Part shown: one piece after another, positions 35,406 through 45,038 of the stretch | How the letters are laid out: every line of letters begins with the position of its first letter | How positions within the stretch are numbered: position 1 is the stretch's first letter | The notes under the pieces: model-generated | Databases searched by the model: none | What the model saw: only the letters and a program-made list of their open reading frames with translations | What the model was told of the DNA's origin: nothing | Virus record (IMG/VR): IMGVR_UViG_3300027896_000027 | Direction: 5' to 3' (one strand) | DNA length: 64,000 nt | Source of the DNA: an uncultured virus (IMG/VR IMGVR_UViG_3300027896_000027) | Lineage: Duplodnaviria; Heunggongvirae; Uroviricota; Caudoviricetes | Program-made: the position numbers and the translations under genes

Positions 35406-36841
35406 AGAGAGAACGCCTCAACAGACTGATCCTCCGTTCCAGAGACGCATGGCTCCCGAAGCAGGTGCCGGCAGAAAGGAAGAGTATAGGCTTCGTCGAC
35501 ACCAACCTGGGGCTCGACCACGCACTGGCGTGCGTCGGCAGCGGACTCAGAGTCGTCTACTACATAGCCTCCGGTGGAGCTTACCCGTACCTAAAGGATG
35601 AGAGATCTGGAGATGGCTTCCCAGGGATCGAGAAGGTCGAGTGTCTGGCGGATGCCACGGCCTGCGATGTCGTGGCCTTCATGGACTGTTACTTTGGTCG
35701 AGATGCGGATGATTTGAGGAAGGCCGGCCGAGACGTCTACGGGCCGTCCCAGTGGTGGACCGAGATTGAGAACGACAGGCGCAAGGGATGGCTCAGGCTT
35801 CAGGAGATGGGCGTTGGTGTGCCGGACGGTGTGATCGTCAAGGGTCTGAAGGAGCTGTTGAGATACATCAGAAGCAACCAGGGAGTGAAAGAGTGCACGC
35901 TGTCAGAAATCTCGATGAGCGGGCAGGGGACCATCAAGCTTGTCCTCTCCCCTTATAGCAACGAGTGTCTCTATGAAGGGAAAGACGGGAGGCCGTACAT
36001 CAAACAGGATCATCCCGACGTCCGAGTCTTCTACATCAAGACCTCCAAGTACCGAGGCTCCAAGGAGACGGGAGGCAGCGTGGCTAACTGGGTCGAGGCT
36101 CTGGTCAGTGTGACCCAGGGAGGTTTCGGTCCGTATCTGACCGACATGGAGTTCCTGGTGCAGTCGCAGTGTCCTGGGAAAGAGTTTGGTGTGGACGCAT
36201 ACGTCAACGGCAGGGAGATCCTCAGACCCTATCTCTTCACCACAGAGGAGAAGGGCTCGGGCACCGTGGGCAAGTGGGTGGAGTCTGGACCACTGGATGA
36301 CCTACTCTTTAAGAAAGTATTGCCGTCATTAATAAAGACAGACTACCGGGGGATGATATGCTTCGAGTTCTTTATTGACGCGAAGGGAAGGCTGAGAGTG
36401 CACGACCCCTGCGCTCGGAACTCTTACCCCTGCTCAGCCATCCAGGCCCATGAGGTCAAGAACGAGCCGGAGGTCATGGTGGCAGTGGCCAGTGGGAAGA
36501 GCATCGGGCTTGAGGTCGGAGATCCCTACGTCACCCAGATTGGCCTCTACACTGACGAGAAGGACACGTGGCGGCCCATAAGGTTCCCCGAAGAGGTGAG
36601 AGAGAACGTAGGCTTCAGGAGGGTCGTGATCCGAGACAAGGAGTATTACTACTGCCCTGGAGACTTTGTGGTGGCCACGGCTATGGGCTCAGGCCCGACG
36701 CCTGAGGCTGCAATAGATAAGGCCAACGCTGTCGTGAAGCAGATCGAGTGCTCCAACAGCGCATACCCGGGTGGGTTCAAGGAAGACGTGCTCAAGAAGA
36801 TCGAGACCCTGAACTCCTGGCCGACGGATCTGAAGTTTTGA
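35402..36841 (+). CDS. ATP-grasp ligase, PurD-like fold
   Basis: VYGPS...EIENDR..G...GVGVP, YIK, G.EFGVD, EEK, YRGMICFE, DPCAR; lacks the PurD GSGGREH motif. Confidence 0.7.
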   Translation: MKRERLNRLILRSRDAWLPKQVPAERKSIGFVDTNLGLDHALACVGSGLRVVYYIASGGAYPYLKDERSGDGFPGIEKVECLADATACDVVAFMDCYFGRDADDLRKAGRDVYGPSQWWTEIENDRRKGWLRLQEMGVGVPDGVIVKGLKELLRYIRSNQGVKECTLSEISMSGQGTIKLVLSPYSNECLYEGKDGRPYIKQDHPDVRVFYIKTSKYRGSKETGGSVANWVEALVSVTQGGFGPYLTDMEFLVQSQCPGKEFGVDAYVNGREILRPYLFTTEEKGSGTVGKWVESGPLDDLLFKKVLPSLIKTDYRGMICFEFFIDAKGRLRVHDPCARNSYPCSAIQAHEVKNEPEVMVAVASGKSIGLEVGDPYVTQIGLYTDEKDTWRPIRFPEEVRENVGFRRVVIRDKEYYYCPGDFVVATAMGSGPTPEAAIDKANAVVKQIECSNSAYPGGFKEDVLKKIETLNSWPTDLKF

Positions 36842-37168
36842 GTGGGAGCAGGAGATGAAAGAGATCAGTTGTCCGAAGTGTGGACGGAGTAGCAATTTGT
36901 TTGGGGTATATCTCGGAGGTGGAAAGGTCAGGTGTCTGGGGTTCGGGTGCGGCGCAGTCTACAGAGTGAGGTCGAGAATGCCCAACATTGTTGCTGACGT
37001 GCCTGCGGGCAATATATTCTTGGGAGAGAAGACCAAGGAAGTGCTGAGAGAAATGAAGTTCTGGATTGGAGTGGACAGGTTCGACAGAGAGCTTGCCAGA
37101 GTCCAGGTGAGAGACTTCGTTGAATCATTTAACACAGAGATGTGCAGAGCCATTCGCAGGAGGACGAG

Positions 37169-37510
37169 ATGAGAGATAAGCTTAATGTCATTTGGACATT
37201 AATCGGAATTGTGGTGATCGTGGGGGGATTTTTCGCTTACCTCGAAACTCACTACGCTCACGCCTCCAGCATTGCCGCACAGTTTGAGGCACTTCAAAAA
37301 CAGACTGACAAAATTAACGACAAGGTCGACCTGGGTGCCTCCATCTTGGAACGAGACTACCTGCAGAGACAGATCGATGACCTGAAGAAGAAGTGGGAAG
37401 GCAAGAAGATGACCGATGAGGCCAAAGAGTTGCTCAAGGGTTATGAGGAAAGACTGAAGCAGAAGCAGGAAGAGATCGGTGACTTGAAAGCGAAGATGAA
37501 GCAGAAGTGA
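37169..37510 (+). CDS. single-TM coiled-coil protein
   Basis: N-terminal TM helix then heptads; AGGAGG RBS. Confidence 0.65.
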   Translation: MRDKLNVIWTLIGIVVIVGGFFAYLETHYAHASSIAAQFEALQKQTDKINDKVDLGASILERDYLQRQIDDLKKKWEGKKMTDEAKELLKGYEERLKQKQEEIGDLKAKMKQK

Positions 37511-38044
37511 AAGCGGGAGTGAGACTTCGTATGAGGTTTATCTTCACCGACAGGGATCAGTATTTCAAAGACCAGTATCAGGAAGCCTGGCTCTCAGAGG
37601 AAACTGGCTGGTGGACTCCAGAAGGGGACATCTACATCTGGACTCCAGGACAGGAGAGGTTGAAACAGATTGGGGTGGCGGTACATGAAGGAACATGAAG
37701 GATTTGAGTGGCTGGTGACGCACAGGATCTTCGGCGGGCTCAAGGACAGGCACAAGACCCTGTTCAAGTTCATCGCCGACACCAGCCATAACATAGCTAA
37801 CGTCCTGGAGTTTATAGTGAGCTCAGGTCGAGCAGATCAGTACTGGGGGAAGCAGAATTGGTATGGTGGAAAAAAGATCAAGGCATGGCTCAAAGAAAAC
37901 AATCTGGATGAGAGAGATGCCGTCATCGGTATAGGGTTGCTGATGATTGGCGCAGGATGCTGGTTCATATACTTTCCAGTGGCCCTCATTGCGGTGGGCG
38001 TTGGACTATTCGGACTGGGCACCGGAATAATAAAGATAAAGTGA
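37507..38044 (+). pseudogene. HExxE-domain gene split by a 10-bp duplication, running into a pre-portal TM segment
   Basis: ACATGAAGGA x2 at 37683-37702; removing one copy joins the two ORFs into ...VAVHEGFEWL...SHNIAN. Confidence 0.5.
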
Positions 38045-38051
38045 GGAGACT

Positions 38052-40211
38052 ATGGGATTCTTCGAGTCACTCCAGCAGAGCAAGCAGCAGAAGCCAGATG
38101 GGCCAGCAACACCCATCGTTAGCTCATTCTACACTGCTCCACAGGCCATAGCAGCCGAGAAACCTTACTACGCCTTAGTCCAGGCTTATAAGTCCTGGGT
38201 CTATACCTGCATCGACAAGATTGCCAAGGCGGTGGCCATGATCCCGCTCAACCTCTACATCTACCGTAACCTAAGCACAGGCAGAAAGGTGACCGACCTC
38301 CAGTGGAGGAGTGAGTACAAATCTATAAAGACCAAGGGGAAGAGGGAGTACTTCCTCAAGCAGATTGGGGTGAAGAAAGAGCAGGTGCTTGACCACCCCT
38401 TCCTCTCTCTGATTAGCCATCCTAATCCCCTCATGACCCGGTTTATGCTCTGGTACGAGACGATGGTCAGGCTGGAGTTAGGAGGCATGTGTGGATGGCT
38501 CCAGGTCAAGAATGCTCTGAACACACCCTCCGAGATCTGGCCCTTGCCCTTGACACAGTTTGCCAATCTGAGACCAAAGGTCAGCCCATCACTTAGGCTC
38601 GAGTATTGGGATTATCAGGATGGTGACGTGAGGCAGAGGTTTAGACCAGATGAAGTCCTCTTATATAAGTATCCGCACCCGGCCTCACCCTTCCAAGCCA
38701 TGTCGCCTCTGATGGCTCAGACCTACCCCTATGATATCGATCTGTTTTTGATGCAGCAACAACGGGCGCTGTTCAAGAACATGGGGATCCCGGGAATCAC
38801 GCTTGAGACAAATACAGAACTCGACAAGGATCAGGTCAAAGAGATCAGGGAACAGTTGCTGTTCGAGTTTGGCAACGCCATGACAGCAGGCCTCCCGATG
38901 ATTTTACACTCTGGCCTCAAGCAGGGCCAGAAGGCCATGATGGCCAGCAGCCGTGAGTCAATGCTCAATGAGGTGCAGCAGTTCGTCCGAGAGAAATTAA
39001 TCACCGCCTTCGACCTCTCGCCCTCCAAGATCGGCCTGCATGAGAAAGATAACCGAGCGACGGCTGAGGTGGCGGACTGGACGTTCATCAAGGAGTGTCT
39101 CAACCCAAAGTGCATGCTGATGGAAGAGGTGATTGAAACGTTTGCCCTCCCCCAGTATGATGATGGCCTCACATGCGATTTTGACCTTCCTGATTATCCC
39201 GACAATGAATTCAACCTCAAGGAGAGGGAGGTAAATCTCAAGATGGGCTATCATTCGATCAACCAGGAGCTTGAGAAAGAAGGGGAGCCGCCTGTTCCAT
39301 GGGGTGAGAAGCCGTGGATGCCATTTAATTATGTGCAATTAGGAGGAACCGTTATTCCTCCGACTCCAGCGGGTGGGGGAACAGACGGGGGCAAGAGAAC
39401 CAAATTCCTAAAGCTCATGAACCGAGCCTTCTGGACCGAAGAGAAGAAGGAGCTCTATTGGAAGCTCTTCGTCAGGACTGCTGATAACTATCAGCCCCTG
39501 ATTGAGGGACCGATGAAGAAGTATTTCAGTGGCCTCAAGGAGGAGGTTATCAACCGACTTCATAAGGAAGGAAACAAGGCTCTGAACGTTCGGAGCATTA
39601 ATATCAATAAAAAGGATGAGGCCAAAAAGCTTGTTAAAAGAACTGAGCCGGCGGTCAGGCAGATAGTAGAGGATGCGGGTCAACACCGTATAAAAGATCT
39701 TCTTGAAACCGTAAAGCTCCAGACTCAGTTTGAGTGGAATGCCAGAGTGACGGGATGGCTTGGCAGCCGCATGAAGCAATTCTCAGATCAAGTGTCGGGA
39801 ACTACCTTCGATGAGATTGAGAGCATATTGAAAGAAGGGTTTGCGGCGGAGGCTACCATCGCTGAGATGGCAGAGACCTTGAGATCGAAGTTTGACTCCT
39901 GGGAGGAGTACAGAGCCGCCAACATAGCTCGTACCGAAACAATCTCTGCCATGAACGCGGGCGACATTGAGGGCGTCCGGCAGTCAGGGCTTGAAGATGC
40001 TCTGCTCAAGTGTTGGCTGTCCTCTCGGGATGCCGCTGTTCGGGAGACTCACCAGCAAGCGGATGATGAGTACCAGGACGGGATTCCAATAGATGAAGAT
40101 TTTATTGTTGGCGCCGATTCAATGGATGCCCCTGGGGAGGGGACAGATCCAGCGGAGGTCTGTAACTGCCGGTGCACGCTCTATTACATAGAAGCCGAAG
40201 GAGGAGGATGA
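38052..40211 (+). CDS. portal protein fused to MuF/SPP1-gp7-like head morphogenesis domain
   Basis: WVYTCIDKIA, HP...PNP, EIWPLP, MSPL (portal); IARTET, W....D..VRETH, EVCNCRC (MuF). Confidence 0.9.
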   Translation: MGFFESLQQSKQQKPDGPATPIVSSFYTAPQAIAAEKPYYALVQAYKSWVYTCIDKIAKAVAMIPLNLYIYRNLSTGRKVTDLQWRSEYKSIKTKGKREYFLKQIGVKKEQVLDHPFLSLISHPNPLMTRFMLWYETMVRLELGGMCGWLQVKNALNTPSEIWPLPLTQFANLRPKVSPSLRLEYWDYQDGDVRQRFRPDEVLLYKYPHPASPFQAMSPLMAQTYPYDIDLFLMQQQRALFKNMGIPGITLETNTELDKDQVKEIREQLLFEFGNAMTAGLPMILHSGLKQGQKAMMASSRESMLNEVQQFVREKLITAFDLSPSKIGLHEKDNRATAEVADWTFIKECLNPKCMLMEEVIETFALPQYDDGLTCDFDLPDYPDNEFNLKEREVNLKMGYHSINQELEKEGEPPVPWGEKPWMPFNYVQLGGTVIPPTPAGGGTDGGKRTKFLKLMNRAFWTEEKKELYWKLFVRTADNYQPLIEGPMKKYFSGLKEEVINRLHKEGNKALNVRSININKKDEAKKLVKRTEPAVRQIVEDAGQHRIKDLLETVKLQTQFEWNARVTGWLGSRMKQFSDQVSGTTFDEIESILKEGFAAEATIAEMAETLRSKFDSWEEYRAANIARTETISAMNAGDIEGVRQSGLEDALLKCWLSSRDAAVRETHQQADDEYQDGIPIDEDFIVGADSMDAPGEGTDPAEVCNCRCTLYYIEAEGGG

Positions 40212-40359
40212 TATGCCAGTCGCACTGTGGGGATATCTTGAGTCCGATGAGAGCGGTGAGATCACAAAAATCTATCTGGCAGATGGAACACCCTGGGGTG
40301 AGGCCAGATTCAATGCAGTATTGAATCGAACCGACATCTATCAATATTAGGAGATTCAG

Positions 40360-40764
40360 ATGCCTGAGAAGTTGGTAGGATGGGTAGACAACCTTACGGG
40401 TAATAAATCCAGAATCAGTCTGGACAGCAGTCTTACACGTAAGACCATCGGGATAAATGAAGTGGTAAACGGTGTGTTGAGGCCGTCGAGTCCTCCAGAC
40501 CCTGCTTACCTTCCAGACATTTACTATTCAGAGGATTGGTATTTGGTGGGAGCGGTTGTCGGATGGGACATGTTTGTTATTGAGTTAAGCCCCGATTTTC
40601 AGACTTGGGTGGAAGTTCTTGATGCTACCAATTTGCTATGGCCTCTTTTTGCGGGGCAGGTGCAGATAACATTTAAGCCACAGGCAGGAATAAACTACGT
40701 GATTAGAGCGAGCACCTATGCTGAAAAGAAAGTTGGTGCTTATACGTTGCAGACAATATCATAA
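40360..40764 (+). CDS. hypothetical beta-rich protein
   Basis: YSEDWY...YVIRASTY...GAYTL, reminiscent of PPC-type beta-sandwiches. Confidence 0.55.
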   Translation: MPEKLVGWVDNLTGNKSRISLDSSLTRKTIGINEVVNGVLRPSSPPDPAYLPDIYYSEDWYLVGAVVGWDMFVIELSPDFQTWVEVLDATNLLWPLFAGQVQITFKPQAGINYVIRASTYAEKKVGAYTLQTIS

Positions 40765-40793
40765 ATGTGAAGGAACCTTAAAAGGAGAGAGAG

Positions 40794-43451
40794 ATGAACC
40801 CAAAATTGGAACACAAAGTTTTCTCAGCAGAGGTCAAGGAGTTCGACGATGAGAACCTGTCAGTGACACATTTTATCTCCACCGAGCGGAGAGACAGGGG
40901 TGGGGATTCCATGAAGGCCGATGGCATGAAGATCCGGGGCAAGGTCGTCGTGCTCCTGGCTCATGGGTTTTCTAACATGGGTCAAGAGCCTATTGCAAAG
41001 CCCCTGAAGATATGGCCAGATACTTTTAAAGGATCTCCGGGCATATGTGCAATGACCCAATTTTATGACGGCTCACACCTCAATCCTCCTGATAATACAG
41101 GACGAAGGCTCTACGATAAAACCAAGAATGGCTACATGCCTAACTGGTCTATCGGATGGATACCCATCAAGTGGGAAGACATACAAGGGCCTCATGGAGA
41201 ATATTATAGGGATGTCCTTGAGTGGGAACTTCTGGAATATTCCCCAGTGGGTGTGCCCATGAACCCGGACTGTCAGACCGCAGATAAGTCCGGCAAGTGC
41301 AATGTGGACAAGTGCGGCACTTGTCAGAAGGAAGCCTGGTTCAAAGTCCTCCCCACCGGCACAGACGTTCACAGAGAGGAATTCAAACATTACAGATCTC
41401 CTGATGGAAAGTCTCTTAGTGATACAGACCAGGGTAGTCGAGAAGAGCTTGAAAAGAAGTTTGGAGATCTCTGCCAGTACAAAGACGGTCTGCTCTGCGA
41501 CATGGAGGGCAAGCCCTACCCGAATGAGCACGCATGCCGCATTAATGACCCCAAGAAGTATGACCGCATCAGACGGAATAATGATAAGTTTGGAAAGGGC
41601 ATTCATGCTCTCTGGGGGATCAAAGAAGGAGATCCGGTCGAGCTCCAGGCCATTCGGTTCTCCAAGAGCAAGTTCACACCGGCAGAGGCCCGCAAATGGT
41701 GCAAGGATCACGAGTACAAGTGCAAGCCCTTTGAACCCGCCAGTGAGAAATGTGCGACGTGTGGGGCAGAGATGATCTGGAAATGGTTTCTTGAGGACGA
41801 GGAAGACGGTATTTACTCTTGCGAGACCTGCAAGGAGATCAAGGCAAAAAAGAACGAGTGCAAGTGCGACAACGAGAAGTGCGGTCACACGGTCGCGTGG
41901 GATAACAACTGCCACGGGATGAAGTGCCTCAAGTGCGGCAAGGGGACGATGAGAAAGGTGAAGAAGACGAAGAAAGATCTTGAGGATGTGGAAGGATCGA
42001 AAGGTGTTATCCCGTACAAGAAGACCCCTTCTGCTAAGGATGATGAGCCTTGGAACTTGAGAGAAGAGAGAGGTAAGGCATCGCTCGACGACCTGAGAGA
42101 GATGGCGGTTTGGGTCGATGAGAAGCATCCCAAGTCTAAAGGCTCGTACAAGGGGATTCACCACAAGGCTGGTGGAGATCATCCTGTCGTAAAGAAAGCC
42201 GTCAGGGCGCTTGCATCCAACCTCCTGAACTCCAGGGGGGGCATTCACATTCCGACGGTCGATCTGAAAAAAGCGAGGGAGCATTGTGCCTCCCATTACG
42301 AAGATTTGGGGATGGGGGAAGTGCCGTGGAAGGGCAAAAAGGGAGAAGAGTTTATTGAGTGGGTAACCACCAGCCTTGACCTCAGCGGAATTTCTCTTAG
42401 ATCACTTACCGAGGAAGATAATAAAAAGATTTTTGAGAAAGCCAAAGAGCTTGTCCCTGATCTCGCCGAATTCTTCAGCCCGGAGTATAAGCAGGATGAT
42501 TGGGGGTATGGAGACGGTGGAGATGGTAATGGTGGAGATGATGCCGAGCCGAACACCACCGAAAGCGAGACAGTGGTCATTGAGATGGTAGATGGCCAGG
42601 AGATCCGTGACCGTATGGATAACCTGGGCATTGAGTACACGATGGGCGGTCATCACTACGTTTATCCTGACCTGGTTCCAGAAGAGAATAAAATCATCGT
42701 CGACGCTCGGATGAGTGATGAAGATATCATTGCTACCAAATGTCATGAGTTCATTGAGCGCCAGCTCATGAAGTATTACGGTTTCCCCTATAACGATGCC
42801 CATGAGATCGCCAATATAGGGGAGGAAGGGGTTCGCCACATTTTAAAGGATTGTGAGGACGGCGGACACGGCGGGGTGTTGGGAGATGGTCGCAATCACG
42901 ATTCTGAACACAGAGGCAATCATCACCACGACCATGGGAGGACGGTAGATCATACGTGGGAGCAGCTTGCGTTCAGTGCCGTCGGAGTAAAGGTGATAGA
43001 TGAGACCAGGGAGCAAGCCTATATGGAACTGAAAGCTGCGATTAAAGAGATTGCCGAGAAGTACGGCCTTGAGATTGGCGAGCCAAGAGAAGGTGATTAT
43101 GGTGACATAAAAGATGAAGAGCTGGATTCCTTCATCGACTTCATAAAGACCATGAAGGAGAAGTTCAATTCGGTAGAAGCGACTCTCAGAAGTTTGCATG
43201 GTATGATAGTTGGAATTCATGAGAAAGTTGCCAAGCCGCCCACGAGCGATCCTCCTCCGATCAAAGACAAGACCATCCAAGATCCGCAGAAGATAGTTGC
43301 GATTAATGGCGGAGATGAGGAGAAGAGAATGCTCTTCGAGATCTCAAAGCAACTGTCGAAGGAGCTCAGCAACCTGATGACCCAGTATGAAGAAAATGCC
43401 CGGAAGCTCATCAGGTCTGAGATCAATAAAGCTAAAGGGAGGGTAGAATAA
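40794..43451 (+). CDS. multidomain prohead protease/scaffold
   Basis: N-terminal HK97-type protease (DRGGD, LLAH, WSIG, LLEYSPVGVPMNP), several accessory domains, C-terminal helical scaffold. Confidence 0.85.
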   Translation: MNPKLEHKVFSAEVKEFDDENLSVTHFISTERRDRGGDSMKADGMKIRGKVVVLLAHGFSNMGQEPIAKPLKIWPDTFKGSPGICAMTQFYDGSHLNPPDNTGRRLYDKTKNGYMPNWSIGWIPIKWEDIQGPHGEYYRDVLEWELLEYSPVGVPMNPDCQTADKSGKCNVDKCGTCQKEAWFKVLPTGTDVHREEFKHYRSPDGKSLSDTDQGSREELEKKFGDLCQYKDGLLCDMEGKPYPNEHACRINDPKKYDRIRRNNDKFGKGIHALWGIKEGDPVELQAIRFSKSKFTPAEARKWCKDHEYKCKPFEPASEKCATCGAEMIWKWFLEDEEDGIYSCETCKEIKAKKNECKCDNEKCGHTVAWDNNCHGMKCLKCGKGTMRKVKKTKKDLEDVEGSKGVIPYKKTPSAKDDEPWNLREERGKASLDDLREMAVWVDEKHPKSKGSYKGIHHKAGGDHPVVKKAVRALASNLLNSRGGIHIPTVDLKKAREHCASHYEDLGMGEVPWKGKKGEEFIEWVTTSLDLSGISLRSLTEEDNKKIFEKAKELVPDLAEFFSPEYKQDDWGYGDGGDGNGGDDAEPNTTESETVVIEMVDGQEIRDRMDNLGIEYTMGGHHYVYPDLVPEENKIIVDARMSDEDIIATKCHEFIERQLMKYYGFPYNDAHEIANIGEEGVRHILKDCEDGGHGGVLGDGRNHDSEHRGNHHHDHGRTVDHTWEQLAFSAVGVKVIDETREQAYMELKAAIKEIAEKYGLEIGEPREGDYGDIKDEELDSFIDFIKTMKEKFNSVEATLRSLHGMIVGIHEKVAKPPTSDPPPIKDKTIQDPQKIVAINGGDEEKRMLFEISKQLSKELSNLMTQYEENARKLIRSEINKAKGRVE

Positions 43452-43584
43452 AGATCCTAACCCGAATAGACGGGATCATCCCAATAGGGATTAACAGGTC
43501 GGGTGAAAATAAAAGTTAACAAAGATTCCACCCTGAACAGACGGAATCGTCCCAATAGGGATTAGCAGGACAGGGAAAATAAAA
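43450..43584 (+). repeat. two ~65-bp imperfect direct repeats forming covarying stem-loops
   Basis: Units 43450-43514 and 43521-43584; outer stems ACCCGA/TCGGGT vs CCCTG/CAGGG; inner TCCC-AATA-GGGA. Confidence 0.8.
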
Positions 43585-43607
43585 ACTAAAAAAGGAGGAA
43601 ACACGCT

Positions 43608-44936
43608 ATGGATCCCATAGAAGTTGATGTCAAGAAAAAAGAAGATGGCTCGTTGTATTTCGACGTGGCCAAGATCATGGAGCACATGCAGGCAGGCACC
43701 CTCGGCGTTATCAGGCAGGAGATGAAGACTCTTTTGCAAGCCGAGGTGAAAACTATTTTCGACAATAGCGATGGACGCATTCTCGACAAGGAAGGGAAGT
43801 CTGTCGTCGACACGGGTTACTTTAGTAAGAACTATGCGGCTGGCAGGCAGGGCCGAGGGGTGATGGATGGAGGGCAGTTGGCTTCCTACTTATCCGCAAG
43901 CGGTGGTCCCTGGCTGAAGCTCTCACCGGCTATGGAAAAGTTTGCAGAGTTGGTTCGGCTGAGATTCGATGCTAATCAAATTGTCGCCAAGGGGATCAGC
44001 ATGAGTGGTTATAACAAGGAGATGCTTGATTGGAATAAGAAGGCTGCACTCACTGGAACCTTGACAGAAGCCGATGTAGGTGCAATTGTTCCAATCGAGT
44101 TCCTCGCGACTGTTATCGAGTTTGCGATTGAGCAGAGCAAGATATTACCAAAGCTCTGGAGGATTCCATTGGGAACTTTCGAGACAAGAATCCCTCAACT
44201 CGCACAGTCTGCTGGTTCTTATTTCGGTGGGATTTTGCTCTATCACCCGGAAGAAGCTTTCGAGAAGACGACCACAAAACCGGCTTTCATTTACAAGGTC
44301 CTGAAGCCAAAAAAGTTGATCGGCTTGATTCCAATCTCCGATGAGTTGGTTATGGACAGTGCGATCAACATCATTAACTATCTAACGGGCCTCTTCACCA
44401 GGGCCTTCCAGTATGCGTCGGAAGGTGAAGTGATTTCTGGTACAGGGTTGTTAGGCCAGATGCTGGGCATCACCACCGATCCTCTTATCAACGTAGTGCC
44501 CAGGCAGACAGCAGGTACAGTTAAGAGAGACGATGTGATCAATCTTGAGTCTGCCTTGGATGAGAATTTTCAGGATCTTAACTATCTGACGAGAAGGAGC
44601 ACTCTCAACACTCTCCGCAGAGAGAAGAATGTTGTCGGCACCCCGTTCTACTATGATACTATGGAGTCTGGTCTTGAAAGGGGTGTTGGCCCTCAGCTCA
44701 ATGGGTATCCGGTGCTTAAGACTCGGAATGTGCCAGCTACAGGGCAGAGAGGGGATATCATCTGCGGTGAGCTCGGATATTACCTCTGGGGTATTCGCCA
44801 GGACATGACCATTGACATGTCAGCCGAGCGCTATTTCGAGTATGATGTGAAGGCCATCCGCTTTGTGGTTCGTCAGGATGGGCTACCAGGAGTCTCAATA
44901 GCATTTTCGGTGCTTGAAGGTACACCGGAATCATAA
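43608..44936 (+). CDS. major capsid protein (HK97 fold)
   Basis: GAIVP.EF, KKL.GLIPISDEL..DS, LNGYPV, GDIICG, RFVVRQDG. Confidence 0.92.
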   Translation: MDPIEVDVKKKEDGSLYFDVAKIMEHMQAGTLGVIRQEMKTLLQAEVKTIFDNSDGRILDKEGKSVVDTGYFSKNYAAGRQGRGVMDGGQLASYLSASGGPWLKLSPAMEKFAELVRLRFDANQIVAKGISMSGYNKEMLDWNKKAALTGTLTEADVGAIVPIEFLATVIEFAIEQSKILPKLWRIPLGTFETRIPQLAQSAGSYFGGILLYHPEEAFEKTTTKPAFIYKVLKPKKLIGLIPISDELVMDSAINIINYLTGLFTRAFQYASEGEVISGTGLLGQMLGITTDPLINVVPRQTAGTVKRDDVINLESALDENFQDLNYLTRRSTLNTLRREKNVVGTPFYYDTMESGLERGVGPQLNGYPVLKTRNVPATGQRGDIICGELGYYLWGIRQDMTIDMSAERYFEYDVKAIRFVVRQDGLPGVSIAFSVLEGTPES

Positions 44937-45038
44937 GAGTATTCATCATCCAGCCTCCTTTCTGGATTGAACCGCGGCCCAGGGCAGTAGGGCAAACCGA
45001 AGACTGGGCCAATTTAAAAAGTAAGAAGGAGGGTTAGT

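Noticed and set aside
41073..42296. 407-aa minus-strand ORF, and other minus-strand ORFs throughout
   Set aside because: They lie antisense to well-supported + strand genes and show no recognisable motifs; they are expected shadows, especially in the GC3-rich block.
43450..43584. Repeats as a mini CRISPR array
   Set aside because: Only two long, imperfect units separated by 6 nt; no spacers and no cas genes.
44966..45015. GGGCAAACC after the capsid gene, resembling the start of a c-di-GMP-I riboswitch
   Set aside because: It lacks the following GNRA stem and second hairpin; more likely a simple hairpin or terminator-like element.
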